A stretch of DNA of 64,000 nt, from NCBI RefSeq assembly GCF_032191835.1, contig NC_083231.1, positions 4,154,001-4,218,000 of the forward strand. Reading direction: 5' to 3'. This stretch comes from Heteronotia binoei. Its lineage: Eukaryota. The notes under the pieces are model-generated. The model was not told the origin of the DNA. It ran no database searches and was given only the letters and a program-made list of their open reading frames with translations. Below are positions 1 through 11,602 of the stretch, one piece after another. Within the stretch, counting starts at the first letter, position 1. Each line of letters starts with the position of its first letter. The position numbers and the translations under genes were made by a program.

Positions 1-232
1 CGATGGAAGCTGGGTTTTCAGGTAGCCGGCTTGAGGTTGACTCAGCCTTCCATCCTTCCCGAGGTCAGTAAAAGGAGTACCCAGCTTGCTCAGAGTAAAG
101 GGTAGATGATTGGGGAAGGCAATGGCAAACCACCCCGTAAAAAGTCTGCTGTGAAAACGTTGTGAAAGGAACGTCACCCCAAAGTCGGAAACGACTGGTG
201 CTTGCACAGGGGACCTTTTCTTTCCCACATAA
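1..232 (+). mobile_element. Sauria-type SINE, 3' portion with BovB/RTE-like tail (continues left of window)
   Basis: GGTTGACTCAGCCTTCCATCCTTCC..GAGTACCCAGC body followed by GGGGAAGGCAATGGCAAACCACCCC and GTCGGAAACGACTGGTGCTTGCACAGGGGACC tail; a reverse fragment of the same tail is at ~45247-45293. Confidence 0.7.
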
Positions 233-934
233 AAAGGTAGACTGTTCCTATGAACCTAAGGACACTTGCAAATACCTTTTATGCATCTACAGCCTAATTC
301 AGACTCAGCAGATGGTAAAGATGCTACTATTATGGACCGCACAACACAGCAAGTGAATGCCTACAAAGCCTAATGCTTCCTTCTAGGAAAACTATCTCTG
401 AAGACAAACAAACAAAAAGCATACCTTGTAAAGCTAGAATCTTTACCTGTCCCTTTCTGCACTTTATGTGAATTAAGCCAAAATCAACCCTCCATCCCTT
501 AATACGAAAGGGCTGGTCAGACATGCCTCTTCTTCCTTTGGGAGTTCAGCACTTGAGGGGGTGAACTCAGAAATGCTGCATTTGAGACTACAGCAGATAA
601 CAAGAAAATCCAGTTATCATTGATAGTTAAGGCAAACTATCTCTGGATGCTGCAGACCTCACGGAACCACCAGTCGCTAGTTCTCAAATGCCAACTGATC
701 CTTCATTCCCACCTGTCCAAACCCTGATGTAGCAAAGCATGCTGGGAAAAACGATTCATTGCCAGGCAGCCCCCGTGTCTTATTGTGTACTCGCTGCCCA
801 GGAATCATGCTAGCGTTTGCCTCCCCAGATTCACCTGCGTGAAACTAGGGCCACTTACCTAAGATACACACTGAGCACCAGCAAGTAAGCCCCCCTTCCC
901 CACCCGGTCGCATTTCATTCCGCAGGTTTCTTAC

Positions 935-1138
935 CTTCCAGCCTGGCTTTGCCACATGCTTAAAGTAAGGGAAATGGTCCTCAATCCAGGCGTAGATGTC
1001 TTTTAGCGTCATGCGCTTCCTCTCTGTGCTGTTGATGGCAAACTGGATCATGGCCATGTAGGAATAGGGTGGTCGCTCAGTGAAGGCCTCCAGCCACGAG
1101 GCCGAGGAGGAGGAAGGTGCTGCATCTCTTTCCATCTG
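935..1138 (-). CDS. FOXM1: FOXM1 coding exon (3rd coding; forkhead domain start). Acceptor is CAGCAG, so it starts at 1138 or 1135
   Basis: ERPPYSYMAMIQFAINSTERKRMTLKDIYAWIEDHFPYFKHVAKPGWK is the FOXM1 forkhead; donor AAG|GTAAGA at 935/934; phase 0 at both ends. Confidence 0.97.
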
Positions 1139-1444
1139 CTGAGCAGGAGAGAAGGGAACCAAGTGAAAGGCGCAGGGCTCACAGAAGGCGGAACAAACAA
1201 GATAGGCCATTTGACTAGTTAACAGTTGAAGCATTCGTGGAAAGAGAAACAAGAGGGCTCTATTAATTACAACATCCCATCTTAAATAAGTATTGTGGTT
1301 GTGAAACCGCAGAGCCAGTACTGTACAGCAGACAGAACCCCACTAAGTCAGGTACCTCATGAGGTGACCCTGGGCCAATCATTGCCCTGCAGATAGATCT
1401 TGGGGGGGAGGGGGGGCAGCCATGTCGGTCTGACGCAAAACAAC

Positions 1445-1560
1445 CAAGTTTGAGTCCAGTCAGGCACCTTGAAGAGCAACCAAGGTTTATTCACGGGATG
1501 AGCTTTTGCACACTCGCACACTTCCTCAGACACACTGGAATGGAATTTCCCCATCCATAC
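1445..1560 (-). mobile_element. Penelope-like short element fragment with decayed hammerhead motif
   Basis: TTTGAGTCCAGT..GGCACCTT.AAGA.CAAC motif shared with 17330-17545 and 31835-32100; minus strand reads CTGAGGA A GTGTGC..AAAAGCTC. Confidence 0.55.
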
Positions 1561-2305
1561 ATATAAGGCAGAGGTTGAACAGCAAATTAGCATGCAAGAG
1601 AGTGAAGATGTTTTAACAGATGCAAACAGGAATAAGAAGCTTAAGTTTAAGGTGACCATTGTTTGGATTTAATTCTGGGGGAAAATCATGAAGCAAATAA
1701 AGTCAAAATTGGAGATGTGTAAATGTATGCTTCTTAATTGTAGAGTGCAAAGAGTAATCATCTGAGACCTTGTTGTTACACTCTGCTGTCTCCTCCATCC
1801 CACAGAGTGTCTGTGAAGGGCCAGCGTACACTGCTGCAAGCTCTTTGCATGAAGAATGGAACACAGGTACATTTTATTTTTAAAAATGCTAGTCATTATA
1901 ATCAACTGTTTAAAAGAAGAGCAGATGCACCTCACTGACCTGGGCTGGGGAAGAGGGAGCTGTCACCTGTGTTTTGATAGCAAGTGGAACCACAGGACAG
2001 GGGAGAAAGGCAGCATACAAATGCCACAAATGAGTAAATACTGATGCTCTATAAGCTCGGAAAAATTGCAGAGTCATAAGAGGATGTGAAACCTACAGGT
2101 CCGAGGGCAAAAAAACCTAGAAAGGTGCAGAGTCATTGGTATTCAGATCTATCAAGAGAAAGGACAAAAAGACCCTTCATTTAACGATTGTAACTGATCT
2201 TGCTAAACGAAGGCAGCAAATCAGGAAGCAGCCAAAATCCAATATCCTGGTTTAATCAAGACTAGATGGGCGGTGTTTGTGTACACCATTAATTTTTCTG
2301 CAGTT

Positions 2306-4932
2306 ATAACATAAGAGAAGCCCTGTTGGATCAGGCCAATGGCCCATCCAGTCCAACACTCTGTGTCACATAAGAGAAGCCCTGTTGGATCAGGCCAATG
2401 GCCCATCCAGTCCAACACTCTGTGTCACATAAGAACATAAGAGAAGCCATGTTGGATCAGGTCAGTGGCCCATCCAGTCCAACACTCTGTGTCACATAAG
2501 AACATAAGAGAAGCCCTGTTGGATCAGGCCAATGGCCCATCCAGTCCAACACTCTGTGTCACATAAGAACATAAGAGAAGCCCTGTTGGATCAGGCCAAT
2601 GGCCCATCCAGTCCAACAATCTGTGTCACATAAGAGAAGCCCTGTTGGATCAGGCCAGTGGCCCATCCAGTCCAACACTCTGTGTCACATAAGAACATAA
2701 GAGAAGCCCTGTTGGATCAGGCCAATGGCCCCTCCAGTCCAACACTCTGTGTCACATAAGAACATAAGAGAAGCCCTGTTGGATCAGGCCAATGGCCCCT
2801 CCAGTCCAACACTCTGTGTCACATAAGAACATAAGAGAAGCCCTGTTGGATCAGGCCAATGGCCCATCCAGTCCAACAATCTGTGTCACATAAGAGAAGC
2901 CCTGTTGGATCAGGCCAGTGGCCCATCCAGTCCAACACTCTGTGTCACATAAGAACATAAGAGAAGCCCTGTTGGATCAGGCCAATGGCCCCTCCAATCC
3001 AACACTCTGTGTCACATAAGAACATAAGAGAAGCCCTGTTGGATCAGGCCAGTGGCCCATCCAGTCCAACACTCTGTGTCACATAAGAACATAAGAGAAG
3101 CCCTGTTGGATCAGGCCAATGGCCCCTCCAGTCCAACACTCTGTGTCACATAAGAGCATAAGAGAAGCCCTGTTGGATCAGGCCAATGGCCCATCCAGTC
3201 CAACACTCTGTGTCACATAAGAACATAAGAGAAGCCCTGTTGGATCAGGCCAATGGCCCATCCAGTCCAACACTGTGTCACATAAGAACATAAGAGAAGC
3301 CCTGTTGGATCAGGCCAATGGCCCCTCCAGTCCAACACTCTGTGTCACATAAGAACATAAGAGAAGCCCTGTTGGATCAGGCCAATGGCCCCTCCAGTCC
3401 AACACTCTGTGTTACATAAGAACATAAGAGAAGCCCTGTTGGATCAGGCCAATGGCCCATCTAGTCCAACACTCTGTGTCACATAAGAACATAAGAGAAG
3501 CCCTGTTGGATCAGGCCAATGGCCCCTCCAGTCCAACACTCTGTGTCACATAAGAACATAAGAGAAGCCCTGTTGGATCAGGCCAATGGCCCCTCCAGTC
3601 AAACACTCTGTGTCACATAAGAACATAAGAGAAGCCCTGTTGGATCAGGCCAATGGCCCATCCAGTCCAACACTGTGTCACATAAGAACATAAGAGAAGC
3701 CCTGTTGGATCAGGCCAATGGCCCCTCCAGTCCAACACTCTGTGTCACATAAGAACATAAGAGAAGCCCTGTTGGATCAGGCCAATGGCCCCTCCAGTCC
3801 AACACTCTGTGTCACATAAGAACATAAGAGAAGCCCTGTTGGATCAGGCCAATGGCCCCTCCAGTCCAACACTCTGTGTCACAGAAGAACATAAGAGAAG
3901 CCCTGTTGGATCAGGCCAATGGCCCCTCCAGTCCAACACTCTGTGTCACATAAGAACATAAGAGAAGCCCTGTTGGATCAGGCCAATGGCCCCTCCATTC
4001 CAACACTGTGTCACATAAGAACATAAGAGAAGCCATGTTGGATCAGGCCAATGGCCCATCTAGTCCAACACTCTGTGTCACATAAGAGAAGCCCTGTTGG
4101 ATCAGGCCAATGGCCCATCCAGTCCAACACTCTGTGTCACATAAGAACATAAGAGAAGCCCTGTTGGATCAGGCCAATGGCCCCTCTAGTCCAACACTCT
4201 GTGTCACATAAGAACATAAGAGAAGCCCTGTTGGATCAGGCCAATGGCCCATCTAGTCCAACACTCTGTGTCACATAAGAACATAAGAGAAGCCCTGTTG
4301 GATCAGGCCAATGGCCCCTCCAGTCCAACACTCTGTGTCACATAAGAACATAAGAGAAGCCCTGTTGGATCAGGCCAATGGCCCATCCAGTCCAACACTC
4401 TGTGTCACATAAGAACATAAGAGAAGCCCTGTTGGATCAGGCCAATGGCCCCTCCAGTCCAACACTCTGTGTCACATAAGAACATAAGAGAAGCCCTGTT
4501 GGATCAGGCCAATGGCCCCTCCAGTCCAACACTGTGTCACATAAGAACATAAGAGAAGCCCTGTTGGATCAGGCCAATGGCCCCTCCAGTCCAACACTCT
4601 GTGTCACATAAGAACATAAGAGAAGCCCTGTTGGATCAGGCCAATGGCCCCTCCAGTCCAACACTCTGTGTCACAGAAGAACATAAGAGAAGCCCTGTTG
4701 GATCAGGCCAATGGCCCCTCCAGTCCAACACTCTGTGTCACATAAGAACATAAGAGAAGCCCTGTTGGATCAGGCCAATGGCCCCTCCATTCCAACACTG
4801 TGTCACATAAGAACATAAGAGAAGCCATGTTGGATCAGGCCAATGGCCCATCTAGTCCAACACTCTGTGTCACATAAGAGAAGCCCTGTTGGATCAGGCC
4901 AATGGCCCATCCAGTCCAACACTCTGTGTCAC
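2306..4932 (-). repeat. Tandem array of ~40 units of 67 bp (59- and 65-bp variants) derived from the CR1 3' terminus
   Basis: Unit ATAAGAACATAAGAGAAGCCCTGTTGGATCAGGCCAATGGCCC(A/C)TCCAGTCCAACACTCTGTGTCAC; runs directly into single-copy CR1 3'UTR at 4933. Confidence 0.97.
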
Positions 4933-5113
4933 AGTGGCCAAAGAAACCAGGTGCCATCAGGAGGTCCATCAGTGGGGCCAGGACACTAGAAGCCCTCCCA
5001 CTGTTGCCCTTCCCAAACACCAAGAATACAGAGCATCACTGCCCCAGACAGAGAGTTCCAACAATACGCTGTGGCTAAAAGCCACTGATCCAACCCCCTC
5101 TTGAAGCTGTCTA
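4933..5113 (-). mobile_element. 5'-truncated CR1 LINE 3'UTR whose tail is the 67-bp array
   Basis: Minus strand GACAGCTTCAAGAGGGGGTTGGAT..CAGTGGCTTTTAGCCACAG matches the end of the CR1 at ~50300-50375. Confidence 0.8.
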
Positions 5114-5989
5114 TTGACAGAGAACGCAATCTTATGTATGTTTATTAGGGATTAACAAAATGGATTTTACTTCCCAGTAGACACTGACAGGACTGCATTA
5201 TTATAAGCACAATTGTACCTTTCTGAGTCCAGTGAAGTTGCCGGGCTTGAGAGTGCTCCTCTACTCAGGATTGGATGGCTACCTTGGTGGAAACACACAC
5301 TGCTCATCGCTGACATGCTGCCTTTCTCCCCCCCACCCTGGGGACCCCAAGTGGCCTGCGCTGTTTCCTCACAACAACGCTGTGAAGCAGTTGAGGCTGC
5401 GAGAGGGTGGGCCTGGCCCACAGTCCCCAAGCACCTTCCATGATGCGCTGGGGATTCAAACCTGGGCCAGCCCTAGTCCCACACTTGCCCCCCTACCCCT
5501 TCGATCCACGAACCAATCTACTACCTTTGGCGTCTCGTTTTGGGTCTCTTTCTTGGCTTTTAAACCTCCCATTGTAATTTTTTATGATCAACTGAACAGC
5601 AGAGGATTGGTGTTATCTAATTCTGTGCAAAGCATCCACACTGCTCACTGTAGAAATCGCTGAGAAATGCAAGTTGTCTGGATCTTGGCACCAAATCTCA
5701 GTGCCCTCTCATCAGACTGCTCAGCAGATCGAAGCTCAACCTGTGGGAACTGCACAGTGTGGTGAGACGGGAAGGGAACCAAGACACGATCCTATCAGCC
5801 TTCCTCTCCTGGAATCCTGGGTTCCCATCGTTTATGGCTCCTCAGAAAAATCACACCAGCTTTTCTGGGTTCTCATTTCCCTGATACTCAGATGTCTGTT
5901 AACGTCCCCTTGTGCCTGGAAACGTGGAGCCTTAGAGTTCGGAACACTGAAGCCAGGCAGAAGGCAGCTCCCCCCACCCCTCCGCTCAC

Positions 5990-6141
5990 TTGGACAGCAG
6001 CTTCCGGCTTGGGTGTCTGGTTCTCCTTCTCTGTCCCTTTGGTCAGACTGCAGGCGCTCAGGCCGTCGGAGCTCATCTTGCCCAGCCACTGGATGTTGGT
6101 CAGACTGCTGTCCAGTTCGCAACTTGGAGCTTCTCTACTGC
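5990..6141 (-). CDS. FOXM1: FOXM1 coding exon (2nd coding), 152 nt
   Basis: (S)SREAPSCELDSSLTNIQWLGKMSSDGLSACSLTKGTEKENQTPKPEAAVQ matches the FOXM1 SLSNIQWL..MSSDGL..KEN segment; CCCCAG acceptor, CAA|GTGAGC donor, phase 1 in and phase 0 out. Confidence 0.95.
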
Positions 6142-6960
6142 CTGGGGGTAGGGGGGGGGGGGAGACACAAAATCACAGGTCTTGTTATGCCGCCCCAGAA
6201 GCCCAAGCGAAGGCAGCAAAGGAGGTGAAGTCAGCCAGGGGCAGAGGCTCAAACAAGATCTTGGCCAGCACCATCTAAACAGCACCTTAAAAAATATCGG
6301 TGCTTCGCTTATTCACTAAATGATGCCATGTTCTTCACAGTGAAGGCTGAGCCAGCTTTTTAAGTGGCCTTGCTCCCGTGACAAAGAAATCTGGGATGTG
6401 AAGCATTTTCTACAACTTACATCCATGTGCCTGAAAGCTTCTCCTGTATAATTTCTGCACGTGAGAACAAGAGTAGGGTTAGTCAACCCCACCCCCACAC
6501 ACACAAAAAGGCAACTTTATTCAACATAATTTAATCAAGATTCCCAAACTGTCTTATGCTAAAGCCTGGGACAGCACAAAACATAAATGAGCAGATGCCA
6601 ACAGAATAGTTTAGGTACAGGACTTCTACCCCACACCTTCAGGGTAAACATTCACAGCGCAGCTCACAGCTGGAGGAAACAAGCAGAGGTGCTGCACATC
6701 TGGCTGCCACTGGCGCAAAAGGCCAAAGAAGCCATTCGCAAGAGGACACTCCTGGTGCTGGAACGCATCCAGAGGCACCAATCCGAGGGATGACCAATGG
6801 CCAAAACGGAATTATGCCCTGAACTGACAGCAGATATAAACTGGGAACGGTGGGAAAACTGAAAAAACAAAACAAAACAATGGAAAACGTGATCCCCATA
6901 GAGATGTGAAGGCCAGAGCGGAAAATGTGAGGGTGGGGGGGGGGAACCTCCTAGGAAATA

Positions 6961-7500
6961 CAGTATGTCACAGAATTGAGTACACCCCCTCACATTTTGT
7001 AAATATTTAAGTACATCTTTTCATGTGACAACACTTAAGAAATGACACTTAGCTACAATGTAAAGTGGTGAGTCTACAGCTTGTATAACAGTGTAAATGT
7101 GCTGTCCCCTCAAAATTACGCAACGCACAGCCATTAATGTCTAAACTGCTGGCAACAAAAGTGAGTACACCCCTAAGTGATAATGTCCAAATGGGGCCCA
7201 GCACGGCCTTAACCCTCTTGGGCACAGAGTTCACCAGAGCTTCACAGGTTGCCACTGGAGTCCTCTTCCACTCCTCCATGACGACGTCACGTGGCCGGTG
7301 GATGTTGGAGACCTTGCGCACCTCCACCTTCCGTTTCAGGATGCCCCACAGATGCTCAATAGGGTTTAGGTCTGGAGACATGCTTGGCCAGTCCATCACC
7401 TTTACCTTCAACTTCTTTAGCAAGGCAGTGGTCATTTTGGAGGTCTGTTTGGGGTCGTTATCATGTTGGAATTCTGCCCTGCAGCCCAGTCTCCGGCTTT
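6961..7500 (-). mobile_element. Tc1-family DNA transposon relic: one IR/DR terminal repeat plus transposase C-terminus (DD34E)
   Basis: TA at 6959-6960, then CAGTATGTCACAGAATTGAGTACACCCC; internal direct repeat GAGTACACCCC at 6978 and 7163; ORF FQHDNDPKQ..WPSMSPDLNPIEHLW with 34 residues between D and E. Confidence 0.93.
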
Positions 7501-8504
7501 CCACAAACGACTGGTCATTTTAAAGGCCCACCTGGGAGTCCTTTTGTCTCCCCTGTGCCTGACCCTCCACCCTTCTGGCTGATGGCCCCTCCAGGCCTGC
7601 TCAGGCCTCTGTTGCATGCCCCCCCCCAGCTGACCCCTCCCACTGAGGCAGGCAGGGCCCCTCCCCCTCGAGGGTTCCGGAGGAGTTCCACGGCTGGGAA
7701 GAAGGCGCTCCCCTCAAGCAGACTTTGATGCTCCTTTGCAGTTTAAATTATGACCGAAGTTCAGTGATGCTGCAGGGCTGTCTTTCATTGCTTTGTAAGT
7801 TATGACATTCCAAACTATTTTAAATGGAAAACTATGTAAAGGCAATTCTGTAACACACTTGTCAGGGAGCCTTTTGCAGGGCAGTAATGTGAGGAGGAAG
7901 TACTGGAGAGCGTTTTGCTGGCAGGCTCCTTCTTCTAGGCTGCAGCTTTCTATGGGGGCTGGGGGGGGGATAAAAGGTTGGGCTTCCAGAAGCCCTTCTT
8001 CCTTCAGGGAAGATGCACAGAGGAAAGAGATGCCACTGCTGTCGTCAGGACTGATTGTGAGAAGAGCACAACCGGGTTTGGAGAGGGTACTCACACACAC
8101 AGCGTGTGTTGAATGGTGCTCCATCTGTGTGCATGAATATCTAAGAGCCCACGAGCACCTTGTATTCCAACAGAGCTTCAAGAGCTGGAGCCCACCTTTA
8201 CCTTTTTATACAAGTGGTGACACTGGATTTTGTTTGATTTTGCTAACACAGACTAAAAATCTCAGAGTTATGCTTATGTGATCTGAAGAGTGTCTGCCAT
8301 CTTTGACAAGCTGTTTACACGATTTGTTTCCTAAAACTGAAGCATGAATCATTTTTCCAGATCAAAATAAGAGAAACACCCATCTTACATCCCAAAGTCT
8401 ATGGAAGTATAAGCATTAGCTTGTGAAAGTAGACAAACAAACTCTAGCCTCCCCCAGAAGCTGCCCCCCCCTTTCTGCACATGGTGTCTGGTGACCCTCT
8501 AGGG

Positions 8505-8857
8505 CAGGGGTGGCCAAACTTGCTTAATGTGAGACCCACATAGAATAAAGGTCAGATGTCTTGAGAGTCGCAAGTCATGAACATTAGATGTCTGAGAGCT
8601 GCAAGACATGACCATCGAATGTTTGAGAGCCACAAGACAGGAAGGGAGGAAAGTGAAGAGGAGGGAGAGGTGGGAAGAAAGCAACTTTAACTTTAAAGGC
8701 ATTCTCCAGGCTGCCAGCTAGCTTGGCTTGGAGAAGTGATTTAAAAGAGACAAAATGCCTTTTCTAAGCTGGCCAGCAGGGCAGTGGGGGTTTCAAGAGC
8801 CACACAATAGGTGTGGAAAAGCCACATGTGGCTCCCAAGCCAGTTTGGCCACCCCTG
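8505..8857. mobile_element. hAT-type MITE (TIR CAGGGGTGGCCAAACT)
   Basis: Inverted termini CAGGGGTGGCCAAACT / AGTTTGGCCACCCCTG. Confidence 0.8.
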
Positions 8858-8875
8858 GTCTAACAGCGTGTATAT

Positions 8876-9196
8876 CAGGGGTGGCCAAACTGGCTTAACG
8901 TAAGAGCCACATAGAATAAATGTCAGATGTCTGAAAACTGCAAGACATGAATATCAAATGTTTGAGAGCCACAAGCCAGGAAGGAAGGGAGGTAGATAGA
9001 TAAGGAAGATGGAGATGGAAAGAAAGCAACTTTAAATGTAGTCTCCAAGATGCTGGCTGCCTTGGCTTGGAGAAGTGATTAAAAGAAACAAACGCCTTCT
9101 CCAAGCTGTCCAATGGGGTGGTGGGGGCTTTGAGAGCCACACACTGTGTGTGAAAGAGCCACATGTGGTTCCCAAGCCACAGTTTGGCCACCCCTG
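8876..9196. mobile_element. hAT-type MITE, second adjacent copy of the same family
   Basis: Same TIRs and internal sequence as 8505-8857. Confidence 0.8.
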
Positions 9197-9442
9197 CTGT
9201 CTCTCTCCAGAGAGAGCAACTGATTTATCCAGTCACTGCATAGCTATCCATTCACCAGGGCAGGTGGTTTGAAGAACACATCCCCCAAACCATACAAAGA
9301 TGCAGCAAGGAGGTATGCAGCCCACCACTCTCACATTTTATCCCTGCTCTGGCACATAACACAGTATTGCAATGGACTACTGCCCCAGCTGGATGATAGT
9401 TCCAACTCTTATTGGACATGCAGAAGATAAAGAGCTACCTAC

Positions 9443-9968
9443 TGTTTCCTTCCTGCTCTTGTCCCTCGAGAGATGGCGATTCTGAGGCCCAAACTGCCGG
9501 CCCTTTCGTTGCCCCAGAGCTTGGTCCAGCATCGTCTTCTTCCAGTGCTTTGTTAGAGGGACTGCTGTGCTGATCTTCAGATCTGAATGGCTGGTCCAGT
9601 TCTCGAGCTTCCACAGCGGGAGAGCTGCTCCCACTGCTGAGAGGAATCGATTTGTTTGGCTTGGAGCTGCCCCATTCTTTCCCTTGGGCTACCGCCAGAG
9701 CTTCCATGATGGTCAGGACATTCCGGCCAGCAGGGAGGGCTGCCGGCGGAGGGTCAGTTGTCTTGATCCCAGCAGGGAGTTGGAGGGTCCCAGGTGTCTT
9801 CCTCTTTGTGCTGCGCTCCCCTGCCCTTGCCTGTTGGTGGCGAAGGGGCCCATTGCCCTGCCCCCCGGAGCCCTCCTCTCCTGCCAGAGCGCCAGAGGAG
9901 GCATCCCCATGGGAGAGAGGCAGCTTCCGTCTCTGCAGGATCAGGGGCCTATAAGGGCTGCTCTTCAT
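9443..9968 (-). CDS. FOXM1: FOXM1 first coding exon, CDS part (exon incl. UTR 9443-10017)
   Basis: MKSSPYRPLILQRRKLPL.. and PAGIK..GKE.GSS.PNK match the FOXM1 N-terminus; acceptor TTTCCAG before 10017, 49 nt UTR; donor ACA|GTAGGT, phase 1, fits the next exon. Confidence 0.93.
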
Positions 9969-11602
9969 CCTCCTTGGCCAGCGTATCGGACCTCCATCGA
10001 AGACACAGGAACAGGCCCTGGAAACACCAAGAGAAGAGGTGACATTTCAGGACAACTCACCATTGCTTTGTTTCTCCTGATGGGGACCCAAAGCAGGTTT
10101 TTTAAAATCAAAAACTTTCCTCCTCCTCCTCCATTTTATCTTCCCAGCTGCCATCCTGTGAGGCAGGCGAGGCCGAGAGAGAGAGTGGCAGAGAGCCCAA
10201 GTGCCCCCAGTGACCTTGCATGGCAGAGGAGGGGAGGAATCTGTACCCGGGACTCCCAGATCTTTGTCAAGTGCTCATGAAATAAATTTCCCAGACTTTT
10301 ATGAAACAATCCCATTTATAGCAAAGGCTGTCAAAGACCTGCCATGCACTTTGGCACCTGCAGTAAGAATGCAACCAATGCACCACAAACCACCTAAATA
10401 GATATGTTTCAACAAGCAAACTATGTTGTTGGCTAGTAGCTTTTGCAAACTTCTTTGCATCCCGGCAGCATGAGGGCAGGCATGTGAATGCCCAGAAAAA
10501 CAAAAGGAAAAATGGGAAACTTGGAAGAATATTTTCTCTTCTAGAATGACTGAAATGCTTTCAAGGAGACATATATACCTCTTAAATACAGGATGCATTT
10601 CTGTACCTGGAGTCATCCTTTTGACCTAGTGGTTGACCCTTTTACCCCTCCTCAAACCACTGTTACTACAGACTGAGTAACAAGTAGCTTATTGCAGACT
10701 TTGTTGGACTGGGGAGAAAAACCCCAAAAGATCCAAAGGAGGTGGGCAGAAACAGTACCAAAACCTCCAAGGAAAACTTGGAAAGTTTCATTGAGAACTG
10801 AGCTCTAACCAGTAACCATAAAGGAAGAAGATGCCATTTACCCAGAGCTACATCTTATTATTGCACTTATTACTGAAAGCTAAGAATTTCAATGTATTGT
10901 TCTGGATCCTATTTGGGCACTGGAGTTTCCTGGGGTACCGACATCTGTCTGGCATGAGTCGTCGTTACTGTCTACTGTGCCATTTGTTGTTTTATTGTTT
11001 TTATTGCTTGGTGGGTTTTATGTTGTAAGTCGCCCAGAGCCCACTGGTGGGATAGGGTGGGGTATAAATTAAGTACGTAACAGTACTGGGAATTCAATAT
11101 GAAACTGTACTCACAGTTTAATTGCTGTAGTTTGATGTTTTGTTGCTTACCACAAAGTTTTTCTACTTTCCAAATAGCAAAAATTAAGGCCCAGGTGCCA
11201 CGGCAGCACAGCTTGCAGCTCTTTTTCAAGTACTGGGCATACTTCCAATTTTGCTTGTACAAAACGAAGGTGTTTCTAACTTTTACATCCTATAAGTATG
11301 TCAAATATTGCAATATTATATGCTAAGTAAAAATATATGCATTTTAAAATCAGTTTTCGCTTGATGGGTCAGTAAGTATGGAATAGATTTCCATATTTTG
11401 AAAAATTTATCCCCCCCCCCCCGCCCCCGGTGGCTTCAAAATTCCCAGCACTTTCCCATCTCTAGTGGAGGCAGCAGAAATTCTTTCTGCCTGAACCAGG
11501 TGAGGGTTTTTCTTCATCCCACAGCAGATCCCTCCCCTAGAAGGTTTGAGGAAAATGGATATAAATGCAACACTTAATTTACTGCTTTATTAAAATCCAT
11601 CA

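Noticed and set aside
2306-4932. CRISPR-like appearance of the regular array
   Set aside because: No unique spacers; eukaryotic intron; the unit is a CR1 tail.
6187-6228. MPPQKPKRRQQRR as the RHNO1 N-terminus
   Set aside because: Only a short basic motif matches, it stops after 13 codons if unspliced, and no other RHNO1 motifs follow.
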